Origin: Chitinophaga pinensis
GTDB lineage: Bacteria; Bacteroidota; Bacteroidia; UBA4408
NCBI GenBank assembly: GCA_945872355.1
Contig: CAMBZU010000002.1
Location: 16,455-80,454, forward strand
Length of the DNA stretch: 64,000 bases
Direction of reading: 5' to 3'
Notes under the pieces: generated by a model
Told to the model about the DNA's origin: nothing
The model's input: the letters and a program-made list of their open reading frames with translations, nothing else
The model's database searches: none
Shown here: positions 1 through 9,934 of the stretch, one piece after another
Layout: the number at the start of each line of letters is the position of its first letter
Position numbering within the stretch: position 1 is the stretch's first letter
Translations under genes and position numbers: made by a program

Positions 1-3000
1 AGTTACTGTTCCTCCACACTGAACAATATCATTACCAAGATTAACCACAGGCAATGTTTCAATTGCAACATTTACTGGAGTTGAAGCATTGGTACAGCCG
101 TTTACTGAAGTAACAATAACACTATATATTCCTGATTGCGTAACATTATTTGTTTGTGTTGAAGTAATATTATCATTCCATAAATAAGTTACATTGGGTA
201 TATTTCCGGCGTCAAGAAGGACATTGCCAGCACATTGAACAATTGGACCAGCTGGATTAATTATTGGTTGAGATGGAGCAGGTAACACAACCACAGTTAC
301 AGTGTTTGAAATATTTTCACACCCGTTTATGTCGGTAGAAGTTACAAAATAGTCACCAGCAGTGGCCACGGTAATTGATTGTGTTGTTTCTCCATTTGGA
401 GACCAAACATTTCCATTTGCAGAAGAAGAACTTAAAACCACAAAGCCATTATCACAAATTTGAACAGTTCCACTTGGTGTAATGGTAACAGGAGTTGAAG
501 TAAATGAAGTAACCAAAAATGGAGCAGAAACAGAAGTACAGCCATTCGTTCCTTCAATAGTAACGCTATATATTCCGGGGCTAGCTACAGATATACTTTG
601 AGTTGTTTCTCCAGTTGGCGACCATACGAAACTTAAACCATTTACTGCTGTTAAAGTTGAAGACCCCCCATTGCAAAATTGGCTATTTCCTGCAATAGAA
701 GCTAAGCCTGGATTATTTACAATTACATTAATAATATTTGATTGAGACGAACAGTTATTGGCATCGGTTGTGATAACACTATAGTTTCCAGGCAGAGAAA
801 CAGTGATATCTGCTGTTGTTTCAATAGTATTCCAAATAATGCTAGTAGTAATGTTAGAAGTTAAAGTAACAGAATTTCCTACACAGAATGTTGTAGCTCC
901 ATTAGCAGTAATAACTGGTGCTATTGGATTTGGAAGCACAATAATTTCAATTGGGTCAGAAACAGCAGAACAACCTGCACCATCAGAAACGGTTACTGTG
1001 TATAAACCTGGATTAGTAACTGTTATTGAATTTGAAGTTTGATTTCCTGGACTCCATAAGTTATTTGAATTACTGCTGCTGAAAAGGCCAACATTCCCTC
1101 CTTGACAAAAGGTAAGAGGGCCAAAGGCATTGATGGAAGGTTGTACTGGATTTGCATTAACAACCACATCAATAGGCAATGAAGAAACTGTACATCCGTT
1201 TACATCGGTTAAAGTTGCAACATAAGTATTTGCAGTTGTTACAATTAAAGAGTTAGCTGATACGTTTCCTGGATTCCAAACAATATTACCATTAGCAGGT
1301 AAAGCATTTAATGTTACTGCTCCACCTTCACAGAATGTTGTTGGACCATTTGATGACACTGTAGGCGCTTGGGTTTGCGGCAAGATATTAATAGTTACAG
1401 GCAGAGACACTGCGGAACATCCGTTTGCATCAGTAAAGGTAACCGTATAAGAACCTGCTTGACTAACCGAAATACTTTGTGTATTTTCATTTGTAGACCA
1501 AATGTTACCGCTTACATAACTAGATGTTAATGTTACAGTTGAGCCGACACAAATAGCTAAGGCGCCAGATGTTGTAATTACAGGAACAGGAGGTGCATTG
1601 GGTACAAGTGTAACTTCAATTGGTGCTGAAGTGCCGATACAACCATTTGCATCAGTAACTGTGACAGTAATTATTTGTGCACTATTAACTGTAATAGCAG
1701 CTGTTGTTTCACCAGTACTCCAAACATTTCCTGTTGCAAAGTTCGATGTTAATTCTAAACTTGAACCTTGACAAATAACAGTTGAACCATTAGTTGTAAT
1801 TAGAGGAACAGGCAAAGCATTGACATTTACATTAATAGTGTTTGAAGCTCCTGTGCAACCATTTGCATCAGTAATAACCACACTATATGCACCAGAATTA
1901 CTTGCAGCAATTGAAGTAGTATTTTCAGCCCCAGGAAGCCAAGCATACGAAATATAATCTGGAGAGGTGGTTGAACTTAGCGTAACAGCACCTCCTTGAC
2001 AAAAACTATTGCTTCCATTAGAACTAATTACAGGAGGAACAGCTGCACTGAATTGACTAATATGAACCGGTATGCGAATAGTACTCTCACAATCTGGCGT
2101 ATAATCTACCACCCAAAAAGTAGTATCACTGCTGATAGTAACTGTTAATATGTTTGATCCTTCTAGTAAAATATTTCCGCCTGTTTCTGCATCATACCAT
2201 CTATAGTTACTTGATGCTGATGCTACTAAGTCAATAGTTTGCGTTCCGCAAACATTTAGGTCTTCGATATTTGGACCACTATACTCGATAGCACCTATAT
2301 CAAATGCAGTTCCAAAGTTGACTCTTGCAAGTCCCCTTTGGTCGTTTGCTGGGGCACTAACACTTGTGCCAGCATCAATTGCAGCACTACAAGCCAAAGG
2401 TAAAACTGTAGGAGTAGCACCTCCATTATTTTGTAGCACATTGCTTAATACAAAATTTGTTGCTAAGCCAATAACATTACCGATTGTGCTGCCAGTAAAA
2501 TTCATTCCAAGCACATTGTCAACTAAATTATGTCCATTTGAAGAAAATAAATTTCCAAAAACTGCATTAGCACCATTTACTGCAACATTTCCAGAAATTA
2601 TAGTATTGTTGGCCTCAACGTTGCCAATGTTTACATAAATCCCTCCTGCAACATCATCTGCTGTATCAAAAGCGAAAGTACAATTTTTAATAACTACTGT
2701 TCCAATTGTAGCTTTATCTAGGCCACCGCCAATTGCTGCCCTGTTTCCAAAAACAGTACAATTGTTCATTAGTAGGGTACCAAAGTTCATGTAAATACCA
2801 CCGCCTAAACCTGCAAGATTGGTATTATGATCAATAGTACTATTATTAATAGTTACATTAGCGTTGTTAGAACAAACTCCACCCCCAAGACCATTATTTA
2901 CAAAGTTCTTGGTTATTTGACAGTTGTTTAAGGTAAGATTAGTATTCTCTACATATAATCCCCCCCCAGTTAAACTAGACCCCTTAGTAAGAACTAGGTT

Positions 3001-3414
3001 ATTTATTTGAACGGTAATAGCAGTTAAACCAATAGGTTTAACAGTTATTATTGAGTAAGATGCTCCGAGCAAATTTCTCTCGATAGTTAAACTATTGTTT
3101 AGTGGACCATTTATTGTTACATGATTTCTAATATCAGTAAGCGCAGAATCGAGCACAATTACACCTGACACACCTGTTAAGTTGATAATGTGCGGCGATC
3201 CAGCAGTTGCTGAAGCATCAAAATTTGCTGAAACTAACGCTGCGCGAAAAGAACCAGGTCCATTATCGTTTGTGTTAGAAACATTATAATTGGTAGCTTT
3301 TAAAGGAGCTATAAAACCTATCATTGAAATAACAGAAATAGCAAACAGTTTTTTAAAGGTGCTGAATTTGCGAAAATCTGAAAATCTTGTGTAGTGTAAA
3401 TCTTTTAACATCAT
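1..3414 (-). CDS. Giant secreted adhesin-like protein, with its start codon in the window and its C-terminus cut off by the window edge. It has a signal peptide, right-handed parallel beta-helix repeats, then nine or more tandem ~75-aa Ig-like repeats.
   Basis: Not in the ORF track because no stop codon falls in the window. ATG-ATG at 3409-3414 on the minus strand opens a frame with no stop in 5 hand-checked 60-nt stretches, continuous down to position 1 by hand translation. The N-terminus MMLKDLHYTRFSDFRKFSTFKKLFAISVISMIGF is signal-like. Beta-helix-like repeats include NNCTI..GN and GGGLY/GGGIY. Ig-like repeats recur as FCxGxSVTLTS..WSTGETTxSITV..GxYxVTVTDANGC. Confidence 0.7.
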   Translation of the reverse strand, partial: MMLKDLHYTRFSDFRKFSTFKKLFAISVISMIGFIAPLKATNYNVSNTNDNGPGSFRAALVSANFDASATAGSPHIINLTGVSGVIVLDSALTDIRNHVTINGPLNNSLTIERNLLGASYSIITVKPIGLTAITVQINNLVLTKGSSLTGGGLYVENTNLTLNNCQITKNFVNNGLGGGVCSNNANVTINNSTIDHNTNLAGLGGGIYMNFGTLLMNNCTVFGNRAAIGGGLDKATIGTVVIKNCTFAFDTADDVAGGIYVNIGNVEANNTIISGNVAVNGANAVFGNLFSSNGHNLVDNVLGMNFTGSTIGNVIGLATNFVLSNVLQNNGGATPTVLPLACSAAIDAGTSVSAPANDQRGLARVNFGTAFDIGAIEYSGPNIEDLNVCGTQTIDLVASASSNYRWYDAETGGNILLEGSNILTVTISSDTTFWVVDYTPDCESTIRIPVHISQFSAAVPPVISSNGSNSFCQGGAVTLSSTTSPDYISYAWLPGAENTTSIAASNSGAYSVVITDANGCTGASNTINVNVNALPVPLITTNGSTVICQGSSLELTSNFATGNVWSTGETTAAITVNSAQIITVTVTDANGCIGTSAPIEVTLVPNAPPVPVITTSGALAICVGSTVTLTSSYVSGNIWSTNENTQSISVSQAGSYTVTFTDANGCSAVSLPVTINILPQTQAPTVSSNGPTTFCEGGAVTLNALPANGNIVWNPGNVSANSLIVTTANTYVATLTDVNGCTVSSLPIDVVVNANPVQPSINAFGPLTFCQGGNVGLFSSSNSNNLWSPGNQTSNSITVTNPGLYTVTVSDGAGCSAVSDPIEIIVLPNPIAPVITANGATTFCVGNSVTLTSNITTSIIWNTIETTADITVSLPGNYSVITTDANNCSSQSNIINVIVNNPGLASIAGNSQFCNGGSSTLTAVNGLSFVWSPTGETTQSISVASPGIYSVTIEGTNGCTSVSAPFLVTSFTSTPVTITPSGTVQICDNGFVVLSSSSANGNVWSPNGETTQSITVATAGDYFVTSTDINGCENISNTVTVVVLPAPSQPIINPAGPIVQCAGNVLLDAGNIPNVTYLWNDNITSTQTNNVTQSGIYSVIVTSVNGCTNASTPVNVAIETLPVVNLGNDIVQCGGTVT

Positions 3415-3444
3415 TTTACTTGTATAAGAAGTATTAATTGGCGC

Positions 3445-3452
3445 AAATTTAT
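3445..3452 (-). promoter_or_regulatory. Candidate Bacteroidetes sigma-A -7 box (TAAATTTG on the minus strand) about 31 bp upstream of the adhesin start codon.
   Basis: Plus-strand caaattta at 3445-3452 reverse-complements to TAAATTTG, matching the TAnnTTTG consensus. Confidence 0.35.
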
Positions 3453-3622
3453 TCTAAATTTTGACATCTGATAATATTTTTGTTAATAATTACAAATAAT
3501 TGTTCTAAAAATGGCTATAAATGAAGAATAATTATCGAAAATTTAAAGTTTTTCAATCAATTTTAAATTAACATTGAATTTTACTACTTTCGTAGCCTGA
3601 TACATCATATTAAAACAAGCTT

Positions 3623-4456
3623 ATGGATTTAGAAAAAGTAACTATTGTTGTTCCAACTGATTTTACGAAAGTTGCTGAAACAGCAGTAGAGCATGCCATT
3701 GGGTTATGCAAATTAATTACAAACGCTGAAGTTGTATTACTTCACATTATTGGAAAGGAAAAGGAAAAAGCTGCCGCAGAAGTTAAAATGAAAAAGCAAG
3801 CAGAAGAATTAACCAAAACAAATAGCATTAAAGTTAGCTATGAGGCTCGTTTAGGTAATATTTTTGATGATATAGGCGCTGCAGCAAATGATTTGAAAGC
3901 CAAATTGATCATTATGGGAACCCATGGAGTTAGAGGAATGCAACATATAACAGGCAGTTATGCAATAAAAGTAATTACCCATAGCTCGGTGCCTTTTATT
4001 GTGGTTCAAGAAAGAGGTTTTAGAAATGGCTATAAAAATTTAGTGCTTCCTTTTGATTTAACTAAAGATAGTAAACAAAAATTGAGTTTAGCAATTAATA
4101 TTGCGAAGGTGTTTAATAGCAAAGTTCATATTATCTATCCGCAAGAAACAGATACTTTTGTGGTAAATGCCATTAACAACAATGTTTCACTTGCTAAAAG
4201 TGAATTAAGAAACAATCAAATTGAATTTGATGTTAAGATGGCTGATGAAAAAGGTAATTTTGTAAAGCAATTTTTAAGTTATGCGGCTTCAAAAGATGCA
4301 GATTTAATTGCTGTAGTAAATAGTCAAGAAATGGGATTTCCAGAAATATTAGCAGGAACTGATGAACGCCAAATTATTTCTAACGATGCTCAAATACCTA
4401 CCATGATTTTAAATCCAATTAAATCGACAATTGGCGGAAGTGTTTTATTTAATTAG
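3623..4456 (+). CDS. Universal stress protein family (tandem UspA domains).
   Basis: 277 aa. Two Usp-like halves carry ..VLLHII.. and ..[34 protein letters not shown] (ATP-binding G-x2-G-x9-G(S/T) type). Confidence 0.75.
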   Translation: MDLEKVTIVVPTDFTKVAETAVEHAIGLCKLITNAEVVLLHIIGKEKEKAAAEVKMKKQAEELTKTNSIKVSYEARLGNIFDDIGAAANDLKAKLIIMGTHGVRGMQHITGSYAIKVITHSSVPFIVVQERGFRNGYKNLVLPFDLTKDSKQKLSLAINIAKVFNSKVHIIYPQETDTFVVNAINNNVSLAKSELRNNQIEFDVKMADEKGNFVKQFLSYAASKDADLIAVVNSQEMGFPEILAGTDERQIISNDAQIPTMILNPIKSTIGGSVLFN

Positions 4457-4458
4457 CC

Positions 4459-5172
4459 TTGACAAAACTTAGTGTAAATATCAATAAAGTTGCCACATTG
4501 CGAAATGCAAGGGGTGGAAACATACCCGATGTGTTGAAATTTGCCATAGATTGTGAAAAATTTGGAGCGCAAGGAATTACAGTGCATCCAAGACCAGATG
4601 AGCGTCACATAAAATACAGTGATTTAAAACCATTGAAACAATTTGTAACGACAGAATTGAATATTGAGGGTTACCCTTCGGCTGAGTTTATTAAATTAGT
4701 ATTGGAAATTAAACCGCATCAAGTAACTTTGGTGCCAGATCCTCCAGACGCACTAACTTCCAATGCAGGTTGGGATACGCAGAAAAACGAGACTTTTTTA
4801 AGAGACTTGATTTTACCTTTAAAAAATGCAGGAATTAGAACTTCTATTTTTATTGATGCCGAACCAATAAATATGGTTTTTGCACTTAAGACGGGCACTG
4901 ATTGTATAGAATTATATACTGAAGCTTATGCAAGCAATTATTTAATTGATAAAGAGAAAGCTTTGATGCCTTATATTAGAGCTGCTGAAATGGCACATTC
5001 TTTAGGTTTAAAAATAAATGCTGGGCATGATTTGAATTTAGAAAATTTAAAATATTTTAATGATAATATTGCACACCTCAATGAGGTATCAATTGGTCAT
5101 GCGCTAATAAGTGATGCACTTTATTATGGAATTGAGAATAGCATTCAAATGTATCTTAAACAGTTAAATTAA
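4459..5172 (+). CDS. pdxJ: Pyridoxine 5'-phosphate synthase.
   Basis: 237 aa. [25 protein letters not shown]...[13 protein letters not shown] matches the PdxJ signature. Confidence 0.9.
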   Translation: MTKLSVNINKVATLRNARGGNIPDVLKFAIDCEKFGAQGITVHPRPDERHIKYSDLKPLKQFVTTELNIEGYPSAEFIKLVLEIKPHQVTLVPDPPDALTSNAGWDTQKNETFLRDLILPLKNAGIRTSIFIDAEPINMVFALKTGTDCIELYTEAYASNYLIDKEKALMPYIRAAEMAHSLGLKINAGHDLNLENLKYFNDNIAHLNEVSIGHALISDALYYGIENSIQMYLKQLN

Positions 5173-5232
5173 ACCCACTAACATTATCCTTTCATTAAAC
5201 TTAAATTAATATTACCAACTAAAAAAAACAAC

Positions 5233-6144
5233 ATGAAAAAAATTTTACTTAGCCTTTTAACAGGAGCTTTATTTACAATTAATGCAAATGCTCAAGTTGA
5301 TTTTGGGTTTGAACTACCTTGGAATGCAAATGGTGGAAATGCTCAAGGATGGGCTTCTGCAAAAATTGTAAGCCCAAACGTTGTTTTAAGAGATACTATA
5401 ATTTATCATTTTGGCGGCACTTCTGCAAAAATTACCACTTCTGATGTTTCTTCCATTGCTGCATTTACAAACGGTTTGGTTCCTCCTACTTCAGGGCTAA
5501 TGTTAACTGGCTTAATTGGCTTCGGAAATCCAGCGGTGAAATTAGGATATCCTTTTTCTCAAAGGAAAGACTCTCTTGGTTTTTTTGCGCGTTATCAGCC
5601 AACAGGTGTTGATACAGCATTTGCTCAGGTAATTTTTTACAAACGACAATCCGTAGCTCCTTTTAAAAGAGATACCATTGCCTTAGGAATTAAAAAGATT
5701 GCAGCTACTGGAGGAAGTTTTAATTTAAATTATGTTGAAATGGTTTACGACCCAAATTTCCCAAACACAACGCTTCCTGATTCAGCTTTGATTGTTTTTT
5801 CTTCAAGCATGGTAGTTGGCGCTCAATTGGGTTCAACGCTATGGGTTGATGATTTAAAATGGGGAACTGTAAACACTGGCATTACTGAAACCATTCAAAA
5901 TGAAAATATTAAATTATCTCCAAATCCAGCTGATGAATTTGTTACCATTAACTTTGGCAACTCCAAAGCAATAAAACAATTTGAAATATTAGACTTGAAC
6001 GGCAAACTGATTGAAAGCTTTACAGTGAATTCAAAAACTGAAACAATTGGTGTTGGTCATTTAAACAATGGTTTATACTTTTACACAGTTAGAGATAAAA
6101 ACAGTTCTATTATCACATCGGGCAAGTTCACAGTTAAGCATTAA
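5233..6144 (+). CDS. Secreted hypothetical protein with a T9SS C-terminal sorting domain.
   Basis: Signal peptide (MKKILLSLLTGALFTINANA). The C-terminus KLSPNPADEFVTINFG...GLYFYTVRDKNSSIITSGKFTVKH is typical of a Por/T9SS CTD. Confidence 0.7.
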   Translation: MKKILLSLLTGALFTINANAQVDFGFELPWNANGGNAQGWASAKIVSPNVVLRDTIIYHFGGTSAKITTSDVSSIAAFTNGLVPPTSGLMLTGLIGFGNPAVKLGYPFSQRKDSLGFFARYQPTGVDTAFAQVIFYKRQSVAPFKRDTIALGIKKIAATGGSFNLNYVEMVYDPNFPNTTLPDSALIVFSSSMVVGAQLGSTLWVDDLKWGTVNTGITETIQNENIKLSPNPADEFVTINFGNSKAIKQFEILDLNGKLIESFTVNSKTETIGVGHLNNGLYFYTVRDKNSSIITSGKFTVKH

Positions 6145-6160
6145 TAATAAGCGCATACTA

Positions 6161-6210
6161 AGAAAGGCGAAATGGTAAATTACTGTTTCGCCTTTCTTGT
6201 TTTTATTTTG
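6161..6210 (+). terminator. Rho-independent terminator after the 5233..6144 gene.
   Basis: An 11-12 bp stem agaaaggcgaaa/tttcgcctttct with a 13-nt loop is followed by tgtttttattttg. Confidence 0.75.
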
Positions 6211-6215
6211 TGAAT

Positions 6216-6321
6216 TATACCAATGTGATTTATAAATTATGCCAATAATGCCGATCAGAAAAAAGTTTGGGACAAATGCCGTGAAACAAATTTGGGCCAT
6301 TATTTATTTCACATCGGTATT
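6216..6321 (-). mobile_element. MITE-like element, family A, inverted and lacking an internal 22 bp.
   Basis: Termini are tataccaatgtgattt...aatttcacatcggtat. It is the reverse complement of the 18695-18822 and 19283-19410 copies apart from a 22-bp internal deletion. Confidence 0.7.
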
Positions 6322-6414
6322 ATACCAAATTTAGCAATAGGAAATGCGAAATAGATATAAAAAATAACCCGTTTTAATTTATTAAAACGGGCTATTTTTG
6401 AAATTAAAATGTTG

Positions 6415-6798
6415 TTACTCTTGCACCATCACCATTTTGAAAGGGACATTGATAATTGCTTGGTAATCTTCACCAGCTTCGCTCATATCCTCATCATCTT
6501 CTTCGTAGTGCCAATTAATAATTACTTCGCTGTTTCCGCCTTTATTGATTGCTTCTAATTTCTTAAAAACATCTAAAATGCATTTTGAAGAGCTTGTATT
6601 AAAATATTCAAGTTGAATATTTACTATAGTATTTGTTTTTGGCTTACCTGAGTATTTGTCTAACCAATCGATTAAAGGTTTGTAAAATTCAATTGAATTT
6701 TCAGGAATTGATCTTCCTTTAATTTCAATAATTCCTTGCTCTGCATCAAATTTGATGGTTGGTGTTTTTGCCGAGCCTTCTATTAATAAAGTTTCCAT
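6415..6798 (-). CDS. DUF1987 / SiaC-like partner-switch protein.
   Basis: 127 aa. YFNTSSSKCILDV and WHYEEDDEDMSEAGEDY are typical of the DUF1987/SiaC fold. It is adjacent to a SiaB-like kinase gene. Confidence 0.7.
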   Translation of the reverse strand: METLLIEGSAKTPTIKFDAEQGIIEIKGRSIPENSIEFYKPLIDWLDKYSGKPKTNTIVNIQLEYFNTSSSKCILDVFKKLEAINKGGNSEVIINWHYEEDDEDMSEAGEDYQAIINVPFKMVMVQE

Positions 6799-6826
6799 AG
6801 TTTTTGTAAAGGATTATATGTAAGGT

Positions 6827-7399
6827 TTAAGATATTTTAATGTTTAAACTAAAGAATGAGAATTCATCATCAACATCTACAAAACTAAAGTTTAACTTCT
6901 GTCCTGATTTTCTTGCGATATCTATCATCCCCAATCCTCCACCACCTTTCTCAGAAAACTCATCATTGTTTAAAATTTCTTTGTAATAGTCTTTAAGTTC
7001 ATCTTTGCTCATTACATTGATTTTATTGAGCTTTTCGCGAAGAGGGCTAACATTGTTATTAAGAATATAATTTCCTGTGATGATATTGTATTCAGTTCCA
7101 ATTTTACCAATCATAAATATAGCAGAGCGGTATTTTTTTGCCTTTTCAGAATTGTCATTTACGTCAACATCTAAATGGTGATATAGATTTTGCAGGCATT
7201 CAACGAGCACATTGTAAACTTTTTTCTTGATTTTTGGTTCTTCTTGCAAGTTATCTAACTTGCTTTCCATAATTTGAAGAATAGACGTGAGCAGATCGGA
7301 CGTAATATCTCCCTTAAACGAAAGCATAATTTTATTACGCTCCATTTTATCGTAAAACTCGTAAATATCAAGCATTTCAGAACTTTTTACGTCTTGCAA
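6827..7399 (-). CDS. SiaB-like GHKL-type serine/threonine kinase (anti-sigma RsbW-like ATPase).
   Basis: 190 aa. The G2-box-like EKGGGGLGMIDIARKSG at the C-terminus fits SiaB-family kinases. It is paired with a DUF1987 gene. Confidence 0.65.
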   Translation of the reverse strand: MQDVKSSEMLDIYEFYDKMERNKIMLSFKGDITSDLLTSILQIMESKLDNLQEEPKIKKKVYNVLVECLQNLYHHLDVDVNDNSEKAKKYRSAIFMIGKIGTEYNIITGNYILNNNVSPLREKLNKINVMSKDELKDYYKEILNNDEFSEKGGGGLGMIDIARKSGQKLNFSFVDVDDEFSFFSLNIKIS

Positions 7400-7556
7400 G
7401 TTAGCTTTGTTTGTTAGTTGATAAATAACCTTTACCTAGTTTAATTGTGGCAAATTTATAAATTACTTCAAAACCTACAATTTTTTTATTAAAAAAAATA
7501 TCGTTATATGTTTTATTAGTTTCGATAAAAAAATAGTTTTAGAATAAATTTAGTGT

Positions 7557-8366
7557 TTATTGTTTGTTAAAATTCATATATTCTGCGACAATAGCTTGAA
7601 ACTCACTGAAAATTGCAGCATTTGAACAAATTATTTGCTGCCCAAAAATATAATTGCTCCCCCCGTTAAAATCGCTCACCTTACCCCCAGCCTCAGTTAC
7701 GATGAGCGTTCCGGCAGCAACATCCCATGACTTTAAACTATACTCATAAAACCCTTCAAATCTTCCTGCAGCCACATATGCAAGATCTGCAGCAGCACTG
7801 CCGAGTCGGCGCACTCCATGTGTATGCTTCATAAAATATTTGAATAAGTTTAAGTACTCATCGAGCAAATGGTAATCGTAATAAGGGAAGCCTGTTGCTA
7901 ATAAGGAATTGCTTAATTTTTCAGCATTTGACACTTTTATTGGATTTCCATTTAAATATGCTCCACCGCCTTTCCATGCGTAAAAACACTCTTGCATATT
8001 GAGCTCATAAATAACTCCAACAACTATTTCATTGTTTTCCATTAACGCAATGCTAATACAATAACAAGGTACGCCATGAATAAAGTTTGTGGTGCCGTCT
8101 AAAGGATCAATAATCCAATTAAAAACATCTCCTTTTTGCGGTTTAGTATTTTCTTCTGCAATAAAACCAGCTCCAATAACTAGCGGTTCAAGTGCATCAA
8201 TAATCATTTTTTCAGAAGTTTTGTCGACCCTTGTTACAAAATCATGGAGCCCCTTTACTTCAATTTGGTCTTTTACAATATTACCTCTTTCGCTTTGAAT
8301 ATAGGTGGCTGTATTTTTAGCAATATCGTTAACCTTTTCACAGATTTGTTGATAATCAAGCGTCAT
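7557..8366 (-). CDS. Inositol monophosphatase family protein (SuhB-like).
   Basis: 269 aa. WIIDPLDGTTNFIHG and the WDVAAG motif mark the IMPase family. Confidence 0.8.
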   Translation of the reverse strand: MTLDYQQICEKVNDIAKNTATYIQSERGNIVKDQIEVKGLHDFVTRVDKTSEKMIIDALEPLVIGAGFIAEENTKPQKGDVFNWIIDPLDGTTNFIHGVPCYCISIALMENNEIVVGVIYELNMQECFYAWKGGGAYLNGNPIKVSNAEKLSNSLLATGFPYYDYHLLDEYLNLFKYFMKHTHGVRRLGSAAADLAYVAAGRFEGFYEYSLKSWDVAAGTLIVTEAGGKVSDFNGGSNYIFGQQIICSNAAIFSEFQAIVAEYMNFNKQ

Positions 8367-9532
8367 ATTGAAGGTTTGGATGAATATATTAAATTTCTTT
8401 TATTGAAGTAATATATACCAATAGCGCCAAAAACAATAAACAAGGAGGCAATTATTTCCGCCTGTGTAATTTCATACGAACCAATATGATATTTGGTGTT
8501 TACTCTAATTTGCTCTATAAGTAAGCGCTCAATTCCATTCAATAAGATATAGAGTGAAAAAAACACTCCTGTTTTGTTAATTTTCTTTCTGAAAAACCAT
8601 AAAACAAAAAATAATAAGATGCAGGCAATACTTTCATAAAGGGGCGTTGGAAAAACTGCTTCGGCAAGCATATAACAATGTTTACCTTCACATCCAGGAA
8701 TAGGAATACCATCACTAATTACGTTATGAGGGTACCTAAATTTCCAAAACCAATCAGGCAAAATATTTAGAAAGCTAGGTTTGTTAAGGTTGTTTACAAT
8801 TCCCCAATCACCATCGCCACTCATGTGACAGCCTATTCTTCCAATGGCATAACCTATCATTAAGGGCGCAGCAGCACTATCGGCCATATGTAAAAAGGGA
8901 ATATTTACTTTTTTTGAATAAAAATACAATGTAACTGAAGTTAAAATAAGTCCCCCGTACATTGTTAAACCACTAAATGAAACTAAAGCATCAAGAGGGT
9001 CAGCTAAGAACTCATCGATATTTTCGAGATTGTGAAATAATTTAGCACCCAACAAACCAGCTACAGCACTAATAATTACAATATTTCCCACTTGTTCGTA
9101 TGGATGAAGCGCCAATGGCTCTGTAGTTGGCACATCTTTTTTCAGTTTTTCCTTTTCTTTAAAACGCATGTAAGCAGAAATAGCTCCAAATACCAGCCCT
9201 CCAGGAAGACTGCCAATACCAGAAAGTATTACCAATTGTGGATTATCGGCAAAGGAGATATAATTAAAGGCTGCATAAACAATTTTATAGCCAATAATAA
9301 ATCCAGTTAAAAAGGCCAAGCCAAGCTCTGATAAAGAAGCCGGTTTTCCAACAATAACTGTTGTATAGTTTACAAACAAGCGGCCTTCATTCTCTTTTCT
9401 TTTAAGTTCAGAACTTAAAAAAGCTGCAGCTACTAAAAAAGCGATGGCAACAAAAAATCCAAATGTTTGAATAGGTAATGGAAAATGAAACCCGAAAAGG
9501 TCTTGAAGTAAATCAGTGATTGTTGGATACAT
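8363..9532 (-). CDS. lgt: Prolipoprotein diacylglyceryl transferase (long Bacteroidetes form).
   Basis: 389 aa polytopic membrane protein. The N-terminus FPLPIQTFGFFVAIAFLVA plus YGGLIL...AIGRIGCHMSGDGDWG resemble Lgt. A 4-bp overlap with the upstream gene suggests an operon. Confidence 0.6.
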   Translation of the reverse strand: MYPTITDLLQDLFGFHFPLPIQTFGFFVAIAFLVAAAFLSSELKRKENEGRLFVNYTTVIVGKPASLSELGLAFLTGFIIGYKIVYAAFNYISFADNPQLVILSGIGSLPGGLVFGAISAYMRFKEKEKLKKDVPTTEPLALHPYEQVGNIVIISAVAGLLGAKLFHNLENIDEFLADPLDALVSFSGLTMYGGLILTSVTLYFYSKKVNIPFLHMADSAAAPLMIGYAIGRIGCHMSGDGDWGIVNNLNKPSFLNILPDWFWKFRYPHNVISDGIPIPGCEGKHCYMLAEAVFPTPLYESIACILLFFVLWFFRKKINKTGVFFSLYILLNGIERLLIEQIRVNTKYHIGSYEITQAEIIASLFIVFGAIGIYYFNKRNLIYSSKPSI

Positions 9533-9583
9533 TATACTAAATTAGGACAACAAATAAGATGCAATGGTAGTACTTTATTGATG

Positions 9584-9880
9584 TTATTCATAAACATCAG
9601 TTTCTTTTATGCGTTTATTTGAGTTATGCGTTTCATTATCGTTTGACTGTTTATACTTTTCATAATAAACGGTATATTTAGGCATTAAATAATAAGTAAG
9701 CAAGCTAAGTAATGCAATAATCATTAATATTAATACAGGATTATTAATTAGCTTTTTCAACCTGTTTTTAGTTACTACAGGCTTCTTTTTTTTATATTTA
9801 ACTCTTACTCTTTTACGTAACCTACCCGATTTAGGAGAAATAGAGAATTGTTCATTGGCGTCCATTCTTTTTTCTTTCAA
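9584..9880 (-). CDS. Hypothetical small membrane protein with a Lys/Arg-rich N-terminus and one TM helix.
   Basis: 98 aa. RLRKRVRVKYKKKKPVVTKNRLKK is followed by the hydrophobic PVLILMIIALLSLLTYYL. Confidence 0.4.
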   Translation of the reverse strand: MKEKRMDANEQFSISPKSGRLRKRVRVKYKKKKPVVTKNRLKKLINNPVLILMIIALLSLLTYYLMPKYTVYYEKYKQSNDNETHNSNKRIKETDVYE

Positions 9881-9934
9881 TAATTAATTCAAATGTATAA
9901 AAAAATTTATCGTTTGATTTTAGTTTGGTAATAA

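Noticed and set aside
803-2638. Plus-strand ORFs 803..1042 and 2318..2638 from the six-frame track.
   Set aside because: They lie antisense inside the long uninterrupted minus-strand adhesin ORF. Their translations are low-complexity with no recognisable motif, so they are likely spurious.
6073-6300. 75-aa minus-strand ORF.
   Set aside because: It spans the 3' end of another gene, a rho-independent terminator and a MITE-A copy, making it a repeat or terminator read-through artefact.
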